Shown here: positions 18,038 to 29,733 of the stretch, in pieces
Position numbering within the stretch: the first letter of the stretch is position 1
How the letters are laid out: each line of letters starts with the position of its first letter
NCBI GenBank assembly: GCA_029974275.1
Contig: JARKSN010000316.1
Location: 1 to 64,000 of the forward strand
Direction: 5' to 3'
DNA from: Candidatus Hydrogenedentota bacterium
GTDB lineage: Bacteria; Hydrogenedentota; Hydrogenedentia; Hydrogenedentales; SLHB01
DNA: 64,000 bases
Translations under genes and position numbers: made by a program
The notes under the pieces: model-generated
What the model saw: the letters and a program-made list of their open reading frames with translations, nothing else
The model's database searches: none
Told to the model about the DNA's origin: nothing

Positions 18038-19933
18038 ATGCAAAGACAGACATTAGCTTTACTGGGCGTGCTGTTTCTGGCGGCAGCGCTGTTTCTGGTC
18101 AACCTGGGCGGCTACGACCTGTGGCCGCCGGATGAACCGCGATTCGCGCAGATCGCCCGCGAGATGCTGCAGTCGAGGGACTTCATCGTTCCCCACATCA
18201 ACAACGAGGTGTACAGCGAGAAGCCTCCGATGCTCATGTGGGCCATCGCGGCGGTGTCGGCGCCGTTCGGCGACGTGAGCGAATGGACCGCGCGTTTCCC
18301 CTCCGTGGTGTCGGCGCTGGTCACGGTCTTGTTCACGTATCTGTTGGCGCGGCGTCTCTACGGGCCGTGCGTCGCCGTGTGGTCGGGCCTCGTGTTGACG
18401 ACGATGGCCCTGTTCTGGTGGGAAGCGCGATCGGTTCGCACAGACATGATGCTCACTGCGTGCCTCACCGTCTGCCTCTATGCGTTCTGGCGATGGCATC
18501 GCGAACGCAGCGCTGGCATGTTGGTATTGTTCTATACCGCGCTCGCCGTTGCGCTCTTGGTGAAAGGCCCGCCCGCGCTGGTGTTCACGACCCTGCTCGT
18601 CTTCGCGTTCTATTGGGGACAAAAAGACGAGCGCATTCAGTTCCACTACTTCATCGGTCTGCTCGTCGCCGCCGTGCCGGTCGTGCTCTGGCTTGGCCTG
18701 AAACACTTAAGCGCGCCCGCCGTCGCGGAAGGCGATGTGGCCGTGAGCGACAACCTCTTCCGCCAGACCATCGGGCGCTTCTTCCTGGGTGTGAGCCACG
18801 CGCAGTGGCCGTGGTACTACTTCATCAACCTGCCCATCAACTGGTTGCCGTGGTCGTTGCTGTTGCCGTGGACCCTGCCGTGGGTGTGGAAGAAGCGCCA
18901 CGAAGACGACCGCATGCGGCTGCTGCTCGCGTGGATGGTGCCCGCGTTCATCTTCTTCACCATTTGCATCGGCAAACGCCCGGTCTACCTGATCCCCATC
19001 TATCCCGTGGCTGCGATCCTGTTCGCGCGCAGCGCCCAGGAACTTCTGGAAAGGCCGCATGAGCGACTGCGCAGAATTTTGGCCCTGGGATGGCTGCAGA
19101 TTCCAAACGTTATAGTTCTGGCACTGTTTTCGGTAATGATAAGTCTGGAATACGGAGATCGTTTCCGGTTCCTCAGCCCTATCGCACAATTCGGCGAGCA
19201 CTTGCCACGCACATATGTAACGTTCTGCGCTGTGCTCATGTTGGCAACTGTGCTCCTAACGATTTGGACCATTGTCGAGTCAGCGCGCAACATTCGATCT
19301 TTATTTGCGGGAAGTTTCTTTTTGTTCGCAGTAGCTAGCGCGTTGTGGGGGCTTCCGCTCCTAGACGAACACAAAGGCGCGAAGGATTTCTGTGCGCCGC
19401 TGCGGCAGCTTTCGGAGAAGCAAGTCGATTACCGTCTCTACTCGGTCGGGGTATCGCGCGAGGAGTACATTTTTTATAGCAAGCACGTACACGTGCCGGT
19501 GCTGATGGACTTGTTGCCCATTCCGCAGCAGCCCAGCATGAAGCCCATGGACATGGTCAAGCTACAGCGCACCTTGCGCAAACGTATTGCCAAGGCGGTT
19601 GAAAGCCACCCCATCGACGCTGGCGCCGCGCTCACCGACCAGGACCTTTTGGCGTTGCGCGCGGTGGTGCACGAAGCGGTGGTGGACGCGAAGATAGACC
19701 CTGTGCTGACGTCCGAGTTCGAGAAGGCGCTTGCCGACGCGCTGAACGCGTTTGCCGACACGATGCTCGAACCCAGCCCCGCGTTTTTCTTTGTGCAAGA
19801 AGAAGACTGGCGCTGGATACTGCCGTTGTGTCCGCGTTTGCACGCGTTGACGGTGCTCAAGTATGCGCGGGTCGGCAGCCGCAAGATGCTTATTGTCGCC
19901 AACGACGCAGGCGACCGGGCGATGAATCCGTGA
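18038..19933 (+). CDS. ArnT/GT83-like (GT-C) membrane glycosyltransferase
   Basis: DEPRFAQIAREM, YSEKPPMLMW, EWTARFPS, RTDMML, LVKGP, HAQWPWYY, KRPVYLIPIYP. Confidence 0.88.
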   Translation: MQRQTLALLGVLFLAAALFLVNLGGYDLWPPDEPRFAQIAREMLQSRDFIVPHINNEVYSEKPPMLMWAIAAVSAPFGDVSEWTARFPSVVSALVTVLFTYLLARRLYGPCVAVWSGLVLTTMALFWWEARSVRTDMMLTACLTVCLYAFWRWHRERSAGMLVLFYTALAVALLVKGPPALVFTTLLVFAFYWGQKDERIQFHYFIGLLVAAVPVVLWLGLKHLSAPAVAEGDVAVSDNLFRQTIGRFFLGVSHAQWPWYYFINLPINWLPWSLLLPWTLPWVWKKRHEDDRMRLLLAWMVPAFIFFTICIGKRPVYLIPIYPVAAILFARSAQELLERPHERLRRILALGWLQIPNVIVLALFSVMISLEYGDRFRFLSPIAQFGEHLPRTYVTFCAVLMLATVLLTIWTIVESARNIRSLFAGSFFLFAVASALWGLPLLDEHKGAKDFCAPLRQLSEKQVDYRLYSVGVSREEYIFYSKHVHVPVLMDLLPIPQQPSMKPMDMVKLQRTLRKRIAKAVESHPIDAGAALTDQDLLALRAVVHEAVVDAKIDPVLTSEFEKALADALNAFADTMLEPSPAFFFVQEEDWRWILPLCPRLHALTVLKYARVGSRKMLIVANDAGDRAMNP

Positions 19934-19957
19934 GCACATGTTGGCGGAACATTGGGC

Positions 19958-21649
19958 CTATTGCGTGAACGAGTTCGACGTGCTGGTTTTCGACCAGACG
20001 GCATAGCCGAGCGCTTCCAGAGTGTTTGCCGAGGTGAAGTTGGTATAGGTTCCGTACAAGATGTTGCTGGACTGGCGCAGACGCCACACGGTGTCGCCGA
20101 AAATGCCCGAGCCGCGCCATGTCCACGTGATTGTGTTGCCTGTGACCTGTCCGGTCACGGTAAACAATCTCCGGCTTCTCTCCCCGGCGTACAGGAAGGC
20201 TCCCACGCCCGTCAGCGTTCCGTCGGGGGACTGTCGGCTGATGGTTACCTGCGCAAACTGATCGGCTTGGGGCGTGGAGGCCGTCACCGTGTCAAAATAC
20301 GCGGCCGTCCACGTGCCTACCTGACTCGGGATCGACTCGTACGTCCATTGCGCAACGCCGCGGCTGGCATATCGGCCATTGACGTCAAAGAACTGGTAGG
20401 TTCCCAGCAATGCCGAGCCCGTCACCTCGAGGTTCCACTCGTAATGGCTGGCATTTCCGCGATCGCGCAAATCCAATCGCGCTTGTGAACCCACAAAAGA
20501 GCCGTTCGTCACATCATAGATGCGATAGACGGGCTGACGGGCCGATTCATCGAGAATCTGAGCCGTTCCCGTCACCATGCCGTTGCTTTGCGCTTGAAGC
20601 GACATCGTCGCGAGGTAGGCGCTTCGCGTCTGATTCGCCGGATTGGCGACCGACGTGTCTTCGAACGCAGCTGTCCACGCATGCGTAATCGTGGAAGGGC
20701 CCGTGATAGAGGCCCGGTGCCAGGTGACCGTGCCTGCGCTGACCAACGAAGCGCCCTGCGCGCCGCCAAACAAGGCATACGAACTCAATATGCGATTGCC
20801 GTCAAAAACGGCGAACCAATCCATGGGCGTGGCATCCAGATCGCCTCCCCCGAACGAAAATCCCAGTTCGGGCAGGCTGAGTGCGCTGCGCGTGATATTG
20901 AACCCCTGGGTCTGTGCGACGTCATTCTCGCGCACGACCAGCAGATTCCCCGTGCCGTTCAGCGATTGTCCGCTCACCGCCAGCGCGAGTTCCGCAGTCC
21001 GATCTTTCTTGTTGGGCGGACCTCCGGGGATCGAGTCCGTGAAGGCGGCCACCCAGGAATCGTCCAGCGCTGCGTTGACGATGCCATACCACCGCGCCAC
21101 TCCCGACCGCACGATCTCCCCCTGAGCGTCGACTGCGGCATACATGCCTACAATCTGACTGCCTGCGCGGCGCAGATGCCAGGTCGGCTCGAAGTCGAAG
21201 GGGCCGGACAAGCCCGAGCGGAAGACCAGCGTGGCGTCGTCCCCAGAAGCCGTTCCCGTGACGGTGAAAGTCTTTGGCTCCGTATCGTAGGCAGTTCCGC
21301 CCACGCTGAATATGCGCACCACGCGGCCCGAACCGGAAATGGTTGTGCCGCTCTGCGTAAGCGTCAGGCGCGTGACATACTGATTTTTCCCGGTCGCCGC
21401 GGAAATATTCACGATATCATCGCCATAGCTGGAGGCCCAACGCCCGCTGAATCGCGTATCCGGCGTGGAAGGCGTGCCTCCGCCTCCTCCTCCGCTCCCG
21501 CCCCCGCTGCTATCTCCGGACGGCTGGTCCACGCCGACGATGTCGCTTTTGCTCCACACATCGCCATCGCCCCCGCAACCGGAAAGCAAAACGCTCGCCG
21601 CGCTCAACACGAGACCCAACGCCACCGCGGTTATCCATTTCGCAAGCAT
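19958..21649 (-). CDS. Lipoprotein with four tandem beta-rich repeats
   Basis: Lipobox LLSGC, Gly/Ser linker, then four units of about 125 aa starting SGRWASSYGD / DDSWVAAFTD / THAWTAAFED / VGTWTAAYFD. Confidence 0.8.
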   Translation of the reverse strand: MLAKWITAVALGLVLSAASVLLSGCGGDGDVWSKSDIVGVDQPSGDSSGGGSGGGGGGTPSTPDTRFSGRWASSYGDDIVNISAATGKNQYVTRLTLTQSGTTISGSGRVVRIFSVGGTAYDTEPKTFTVTGTASGDDATLVFRSGLSGPFDFEPTWHLRRAGSQIVGMYAAVDAQGEIVRSGVARWYGIVNAALDDSWVAAFTDSIPGGPPNKKDRTAELALAVSGQSLNGTGNLLVVRENDVAQTQGFNITRSALSLPELGFSFGGGDLDATPMDWFAVFDGNRILSSYALFGGAQGASLVSAGTVTWHRASITGPSTITHAWTAAFEDTSVANPANQTRSAYLATMSLQAQSNGMVTGTAQILDESARQPVYRIYDVTNGSFVGSQARLDLRDRGNASHYEWNLEVTGSALLGTYQFFDVNGRYASRGVAQWTYESIPSQVGTWTAAYFDTVTASTPQADQFAQVTISRQSPDGTLTGVGAFLYAGERSRRLFTVTGQVTGNTITWTWRGSGIFGDTVWRLRQSSNILYGTYTNFTSANTLEALGYAVWSKTSTSNSFTQ

Positions 21650-21709
21650 GCTGTCACCTCTATGGCTATTTCACCGTTCAGCAAAAAACGCGCACAGCCG
21701 CGTCGCCCA

Positions 21710-21931
21710 TTACACGGACAGTTCAAAGTTTTCCCGGATCACACTAGTCGATCCAATCTGCCGCAGGAGTTCTGTGCGATTGCCGCGCACCGTTTCCCGA
21801 ATGGCGCCCTTCAGCATCTCGCGCGTTTCCTCGAGGGACGCAGCCTGGCATGTCACATGGGGCATTTCTTCCACCGTGCCCACCCACACCGAGCCGACCT
21901 GCCTGAAAACGCCTGTGAATTGGTAGTGCAT
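21710..21931 (-). CDS. HicB-like antitoxin-fold protein (short, no DNA-binding domain)
   Basis: MHYQFTGVFRQVGSVWVGTVEEMPHVTCQAASLEETREMLKGAI follows the HicB pattern W.a.veelPg..tqg.tleEar..l.eAi. Confidence 0.72.
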   Translation of the reverse strand: MHYQFTGVFRQVGSVWVGTVEEMPHVTCQAASLEETREMLKGAIRETVRGNRTELLRQIGSTSVIRENFELSV

Positions 21932-21980
21932 ACCCTTCGCCTCCTGGCTTTGGACTCTCCTGTCTGGGATGGCGCTTTGG

Positions 21981-22997
21981 CTACCGACACGCCGAATTAA
22001 CCGCCACCATTTTACCTGATCGGGCGGATGCATACGCAGCGACCGTCACCTCGACGGCGCGCAAGCCGTCCTCGCCGGTGATGGCGGGATCTCGCCGTTC
22101 TCGCACCGCGTCAACAAAATCGCGCACCAGGCCTTGATCGCTGTCGCCGCCCCAGTATGCCCAGAAACCCTTGCCGACATCGTCGCTGTAAACGCCAATT
22201 TTCTGATTAAACGCATCCACCGCCACGACCCCTTTTTCGGCGACGATCTCGAGGGTTACATCGCCCCAGATCGGAAAAGTGCGCGCGCGGTTCCAACTCG
22301 CGATGTGGGAGACGATGATGCCGCCTTCCATCTCGAGGTGCAGGCTTCCCGTGTCGTCTGTGCCGATGCCCTTGTGGATGACGTTGCCGCACTCGCAATA
22401 GACCTTCGTGAACTCCTTGCCGGTCATCCAACGAACCAAGTCGATCACATGCACCGTGTGGTCCATCACCGCGCCGCCGCCGGAAAGATCGGTCTTCGCG
22501 AACCAGCCGCCCGGGAACTGGCCATGGTTCGTGCAGGACATCGCGTAGATATCGCCCAGCGCCCCAGAGGCCGTTTGCGCGCGCACGGCCTTGATCGCCG
22601 GGATGTAGCGGCAGGGGAACGCCGTGCCCAAACCAACCTTTGCCTTGCGACACGCGGCTATCATGGCTTTTGCGTCGGCTACGGTCGTCGCCAAGGGTTT
22701 CTCGCACAGCACCCACTTGCCTGCTTTTGCGGCGGCCTCGACCATCGCGCGATGGTTGACGTTTTCCGACGTGACGATCACGCCCTGCGTGTCCATCGCG
22801 AGAAACTTGTTCATGTCCTTCACGAACGGCACGCCCAACTGCTCCGCCATCGCGCGGCCACGTTTGGCGTTGTCGTCCCAGATCGCGGTCAACGCGACAT
22901 CGGTCATGCCCTTCAGCGCGTGCGCATACGACCACGCATGCATATGCGCAAAGCTCATGATGCCGATTTTCATCGCGGGAATGTCTGTCATGATCAT
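21981..22997 (-). CDS. Gfo/Idh/MocA family oxidoreductase
   Basis: MKIGIMSFAHMHA, VLCEKPLA, SGGGAVMDHTVHVID, ITGEDGLRAVEV. ATG 22997 overlaps the upstream stop. Confidence 0.9.
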   Translation of the reverse strand: MIMTDIPAMKIGIMSFAHMHAWSYAHALKGMTDVALTAIWDDNAKRGRAMAEQLGVPFVKDMNKFLAMDTQGVIVTSENVNHRAMVEAAAKAGKWVLCEKPLATTVADAKAMIAACRKAKVGLGTAFPCRYIPAIKAVRAQTASGALGDIYAMSCTNHGQFPGGWFAKTDLSGGGAVMDHTVHVIDLVRWMTGKEFTKVYCECGNVIHKGIGTDDTGSLHLEMEGGIIVSHIASWNRARTFPIWGDVTLEIVAEKGVVAVDAFNQKIGVYSDDVGKGFWAYWGGDSDQGLVRDFVDAVRERRDPAITGEDGLRAVEVTVAAYASARSGKMVAVNSACR

Positions 22998-23971
22998 AGT
23001 TTCACCACCTTGCCCGTCTTCGCCGATTCCAGTGCGCCCAGAGCCATTTTCACCGCCGCCATTCCGTCTTCCGGCGTCACGCGCGGCGTGTTCTTCCCTT
23101 CGATCCAGCCAATGAAATCGCGCCACTCGAGTTCATAGGGGCTGACGTCCACCGGACTTTCCGGCACGATCATCGTTGCCCCCTCGCCCGGTTTCGCGCG
23201 CATCATCGTCGAGATCGGAGCCTCGTTGCTGTCGAACGACACCATGCCCTTCTCGCCGCAGACCTCCGCACGCACGCGAAAACCGCCGGGATGCGCCCAT
23301 GTGCCCACCACATTCGCAATGATGCCGTTTTTCATGCGGAAGGTCGCCAGGCTATAGTCCAGCTTTTCCGGCTCGCTGCGTTGAATGGCTTGGCAGAAGA
23401 CGCGATCGGGTTCGCCGAAGACATACCGAATCCAATCGAAATCATGGATAATCGTGTCCATGGTGACCCCGCCGCTCTGCGCATAGTCGTGGAACCAGGC
23501 CTTCTCGCCCAGCGGAAAAATGCCGCCGCGATAGGTTTTCACAAAACCGGGCTTGCCAATCACGCCCGCCTGGACCTTCTCGCGAATGGCCTCGAACTCC
23601 TGGAAATAGCGAACGACGTGTCCGACAAACAGCTTGATTTTTGCCTTCTTGGCCGCCGCGATGGCTTCCTTGCACTCGGCGATCGTCCGGCAAAACGGCT
23701 TCTCGCAGAAAATGTTTTTCCCCGCCTGCGCCGCGGCCGCCACGAACGGAAAATGGTTGGGCGTCGACGTGCACACCGCGACGATGTCCACGTCTTTCCG
23801 CGCCGCCGCCTCGATGCCGTTCGTGGTCGCGTCCGCGCCAAATGTCGTGGCCAGCGCCTCGGCCTTGGCCGCAGCCGTATCCGCGCACACCACGACGTTC
23901 AAGCCGATCGCCCGGACGATGTGGGCGTGCATCGTTCCCATTCCTCCGCAACCAATCACCGCTACGTTCAT
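22994..23971 (-). CDS. Gfo/Idh/MocA family oxidoreductase
   Basis: MNVAVIGCGGMG, IFCEKPF, SGGVTMDTIIHDFD. Confidence 0.9.
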   Translation of the reverse strand: MNVAVIGCGGMGTMHAHIVRAIGLNVVVCADTAAAKAEALATTFGADATTNGIEAAARKDVDIVAVCTSTPNHFPFVAAAAQAGKNIFCEKPFCRTIAECKEAIAAAKKAKIKLFVGHVVRYFQEFEAIREKVQAGVIGKPGFVKTYRGGIFPLGEKAWFHDYAQSGGVTMDTIIHDFDWIRYVFGEPDRVFCQAIQRSEPEKLDYSLATFRMKNGIIANVVGTWAHPGGFRVRAEVCGEKGMVSFDSNEAPISTMMRAKPGEGATMIVPESPVDVSPYELEWRDFIGWIEGKNTPRVTPEDGMAAVKMALGALESAKTGKVVKL

Positions 23972-24171
23972 GTCATCTCTCCCTGACCCGACTCGATAAA
24001 CGCCTTCCGCCTCATGAATTCGTCCGGATCGTATCCTCATTTACACACTCCGATCAATCGTTTGTGTCTGGGGGCAACGAGGCGACCCTGGCAGGGACTG
24101 ACCTCTCGATACCGTACCTGAAAGAGTTACATAAAGTCTTTTCGGCTGCCTTCCTGCTGTCCCTGTCTGAA

Positions 24172-24180
24172 TGCTACAAT
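24172..24180 (+). promoter_or_regulatory. Extended -10 promoter directly before recF (probable leaderless mRNA)
   Basis: TGcTACAAT followed by 6 nt (GCGCGC) and the ATG at 24187; no Shine-Dalgarno. Confidence 0.55.
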
Positions 24181-24186
24181 GCGCGC

Positions 24187-25260
24187 ATGCATCTGGTTGC
24201 GCTACAGGCGTCAGGATTTCGGAGCCTGACGGGGATTGATTTCCAGCCTACTCCAGGATTGAATGTCATTCGGGGGCATAATGCCCAGGGGAAGACGTCG
24301 CTCCTGGAGGCGTTGCTGTTTTTGGCGACGTCGAAGAGTCATCGCACGAATATCGAAGCGGAATTGGTGCGGGATTCGGACGTGGGCTTCCAACTCCGGT
24401 GCCGGGTGCAGCGCTGCGACCGCGAGGTGGTCACGGAGGCGAACTGGTTCAAGGGCGTCAAACGCTTCAGGGTCAACGGCGTCTCGCAACCGCGCACGAG
24501 TGATATCCTCGGCAAGGTGAATGTCGTGTTCTTCTCGCCGGAGGACGCGGCGCTGGTGCGTGGGTCGGCGTCGAACCGGCGACGATTTCTCGATATGGAG
24601 TTGTCGCAGCTTAGTCCCGGTTACCTCTTTGCTCTCCAGCAGTATCGGCAGGTCTTGAAACAGCGCAACGAGCTCTTGCGCGCGTTCAAACCCGATCCGG
24701 CCTTGGTCGATGTGTGGGACGATCAACTCGCGTCGCATGGCGAGGTGTTGATCCACGAGCGCATGGCGTTCGTGCGCGAACTCAGCGCGTTCGCGGCGAA
24801 GGCGTATCGGCGTATCGCGGAGACGGAAGACCTTGAGGTGCGGTATCAGCCGGACATCCCGCTGGATTCGCCCATCATCGAGGTGCTCAATGAAGCGCGC
24901 GAGAGTGACTTGCGCAATCGCGTGACGACGCGCGGGCCGCATCGCGACGAGATCGTCTTGTTGGCGGGGGGGCGCGCCGCACGGCAGTTCGCATCGCAAG
25001 GGCAACAGCGCACGGCGGCCTTGGCGCTGAAATTGGCGGAACTCGAACTGGTCAAGGATCGCGTCGGCGAGTATCCTGTCCTGATGCTCGACGACGTGTT
25101 GTCGGAACTCGATCTAAAACGGTGCAAACGGCTGGTCGAGGCGATTCCGCGCGAGGCGCAGTGCCTGTTGACCACGACCGACCTCGAACGCTTGGACTCG
25201 ATGTTTGGCGTGCCGTGCGCGAATTTCTTCATTCAGGGTGGACGCCTTGAAAAGAAATAG
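24187..25260 (+). CDS. recF: DNA replication/repair protein RecF
   Basis: GHNAQGKTSLLEAL, KSHRT, RRRFLD, GPHRDE, ASQGQQRT, LMLDDVLSELD. Confidence 0.97.
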   Translation: MHLVALQASGFRSLTGIDFQPTPGLNVIRGHNAQGKTSLLEALLFLATSKSHRTNIEAELVRDSDVGFQLRCRVQRCDREVVTEANWFKGVKRFRVNGVSQPRTSDILGKVNVVFFSPEDAALVRGSASNRRRFLDMELSQLSPGYLFALQQYRQVLKQRNELLRAFKPDPALVDVWDDQLASHGEVLIHERMAFVRELSAFAAKAYRRIAETEDLEVRYQPDIPLDSPIIEVLNEARESDLRNRVTTRGPHRDEIVLLAGGRAARQFASQGQQRTAALALKLAELELVKDRVGEYPVLMLDDVLSELDLKRCKRLVEAIPREAQCLLTTTDLERLDSMFGVPCANFFIQGGRLEKK

Positions 25261-25591
25261 AAAAAATGATCCCGTCGGCATTGGCGACATCATCGCGGGT
25301 CTCAAGAAGACGACCCCGCTGGGCAAGCAACTCGAACTGGCGCAAATCTGGGAGCGCTGGACGGAAATCGCCGGGCCGAAATTGGCGCCGCACGGGCATC
25401 CGTATACGGTCAAAAAAGGGACGCTGCATATCCATGCCAACAGCCCGGTCTGGGTGCATCGGTACGGCTACGTAAAATGGGATCTTCTCAAAAAGGTGAA
25501 CCTGATGGCGGGCCACGAATTGATCTCCGATATCTTTATTGGGCTGGCCTCGGAAGACCCCAATCCTGCACAAGATAAAGTGGACAAATGA
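25247..25591 (+). CDS. DUF721/DciA family protein
   Basis: IGDII...IWERWTEIAGPKLAPH...LHIHANSPVW; canonical position between recF and gyrB. Start (TTG 25247) uncertain. Confidence 0.8.
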   Translation: MKRNRKNDPVGIGDIIAGLKKTTPLGKQLELAQIWERWTEIAGPKLAPHGHPYTVKKGTLHIHANSPVWVHRYGYVKWDLLKKVNLMAGHELISDIFIGLASEDPNPAQDKVDK

Positions 25592-25633
25592 TTTAGATGC
25601 CCCAAAATATTGCGATTCCCTCCAGGGCCGACG

Positions 25634-25662
25634 TTGTATTTGCCTTCCGAATTTGATATACT
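25634..25662 (+). promoter_or_regulatory. Sigma70-type promoter for gyrB
   Basis: TTGTAT-N17-TATACT with an extended TG. Confidence 0.55.
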
Positions 25663-25697
25663 CCGCTGTTCCCAAAACCAGGCGCAACGCACGGTAG

Positions 25698-28130
<2,433 letters not shown>

Positions 28131-28144
28131 GCGGGAGGTGAGCT

Positions 28145-29140
28145 ATGACTAGCCTGCCATTGTTTGGTTCGGTCCCTGACATTCGTGATCGCTACAAGAA
28201 GAACGCAGATGTTGTATTTTTCTGCGGCGACACGAACCAGTTTCTTCGCGATCTTCCGGACAAGGAAGTCAAGCTCATCATTACGTCGCCGCCGTATAAT
28301 CTGGGCAAGGCATATGAGGACAAGGTTGCGCTGCACGACTACTTGGAGTCTCAGCGAGAGACCATCGCGCAATTGCTGCGGGTACTGCGGCAAGACGGGA
28401 GTCTGTGTTGGCAGGTCGGAAATTACGTGGACAAAGGAGAGGTCTTCCCTCTCGATATTCTGTACTACAGCATGTTCAAGGACATGGGCCTTCATTTGCG
28501 TAACAGGATTATCTGGCGGTTTGAGCATGGGCTTCATGCGTCTCTTCGTTTCTCCGGCAGGTACGAGACGATACTCTGGTTCACGAAAACGAGGCACTAC
28601 ACGTTCAACTTGGACTCCGTCCGTGTGCCGTCGAAGTACCCGGGCAAGCGACATTATAAGGGGCCAAACAAAGGCAAGCCGTCGTGCAATCCGATGGGAA
28701 AGAATCCCTCGGATTACTGGGAGGTTGTCAAGCAGGATTGGGAAGAAGAGGTCTGGAATATTCCGAACGTGAAATGCAACCATCCCGAGAAGACATCTCA
28801 TCCTTGCCAATTCCCGGTGGAACTTGTTGAACGTTGCGTGTTGGCGCTGACCGATCCCGGTGATATTGTCCTTGATCCCTATGCGGGCGTCGGGTCGTCG
28901 CTCATCGCAGCACTGAAACATAGTCGGAAAGCATATGGCGCGGAGAAAGAAGCCGACTACGTCGCCGAAGGAGCCGCGCGGATCAAGGCGTTCTATAATG
29001 GGACACTGCGTCTGCGGGAATTGGGGAAACCCGTCTACACACCTTCCGGGCGCGAGAAAGTATCGCGTCCTCCCGAGGAGTGGGGGGAAGGGACACAAGG
29101 ACGCTTGTTGGAAGAACAGGGTGACTACGGATGCGAGTAG
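28145..29140 (+). CDS. Beta-class amino DNA methyltransferase (probably N4-cytosine)
   Basis: Motif IV IITSPPYN precedes HPCQFP and motif I VLDPYAGVGS. Confidence 0.92.
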   Translation: MTSLPLFGSVPDIRDRYKKNADVVFFCGDTNQFLRDLPDKEVKLIITSPPYNLGKAYEDKVALHDYLESQRETIAQLLRVLRQDGSLCWQVGNYVDKGEVFPLDILYYSMFKDMGLHLRNRIIWRFEHGLHASLRFSGRYETILWFTKTRHYTFNLDSVRVPSKYPGKRHYKGPNKGKPSCNPMGKNPSDYWEVVKQDWEEEVWNIPNVKCNHPEKTSHPCQFPVELVERCVLALTDPGDIVLDPYAGVGSSLIAALKHSRKAYGAEKEADYVAEGAARIKAFYNGTLRLRELGKPVYTPSGREKVSRPPEEWGEGTQGRLLEEQGDYGCE

Positions 29141-29691
29141 ACAAGAAGTTCAGTTTCAACGGCGGCGAGGAGTACGTTTCCACGCATTTCCCGAGTGAGT
29201 TGCGGGAAGTCATGCGTGTCATTGGCGCTGTCGACGCGGCGTTGCACAAGAACAAAGTGTCCAAAGAAAAGACAATGCCTGGACGCGTTCTGTTCAACCC
29301 GAGACAACTGAACAAGGCGTTCAAGACGAGTTTTGAAGAACGCGAATGGTCGACAACACGAGTGAAATGCCAGGACGTTGTTCTTGATAACAACGTGCAT
29401 GTGCCGTTGCCCAGTGGGGCCTTTCGCGAGATGGATTTTGTGAAACACCGTTTGGGCGTTGAAGTGCAACTGGGCAAATACGCATTCATGGTATACAACG
29501 TCTGTGCCAAGATGACAATCTTTCATAATCTCGATGTGATAGATGCGGGAATCGAGATCGTCCCGATGAAATCTTTGGCAGACGAAATGTCAACAGGCGT
29601 CTCTTATTTTGAGCAGATTGTCTGGGACCTCACACATCGTGGCGTCTCGGATATTGATATCCCGGTTCTGGTTTTGGGAATTTCTGATTAG
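29131..29691 (+). CDS. BglII/BstYI-family type II restriction endonuclease
   Basis: MDFVKHRLGVEVQLGKY (D...E-x-Q catalytic pattern), IDAGIEIVPMK, EMSTGVSYFE, IPVLVLGI; overlaps the MTase stop. Confidence 0.85.
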   Translation: MRVDKKFSFNGGEEYVSTHFPSELREVMRVIGAVDAALHKNKVSKEKTMPGRVLFNPRQLNKAFKTSFEEREWSTTRVKCQDVVLDNNVHVPLPSGAFREMDFVKHRLGVEVQLGKYAFMVYNVCAKMTIFHNLDVIDAGIEIVPMKSLADEMSTGVSYFEQIVWDLTHRGVSDIDIPVLVLGISD

Positions 29692-29733
29692 CTGTAAAGT
29701 TAGGGCGTTGCGTCAACGAACGTTGAGAGAGAT

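Noticed and set aside
23641..24186. Long N-terminal extension of RecF in the ORF track
   Set aside because: Overlaps the opposite-strand oxidoreductase; RecF similarity starts at ATG 24187, right after a -10 element.
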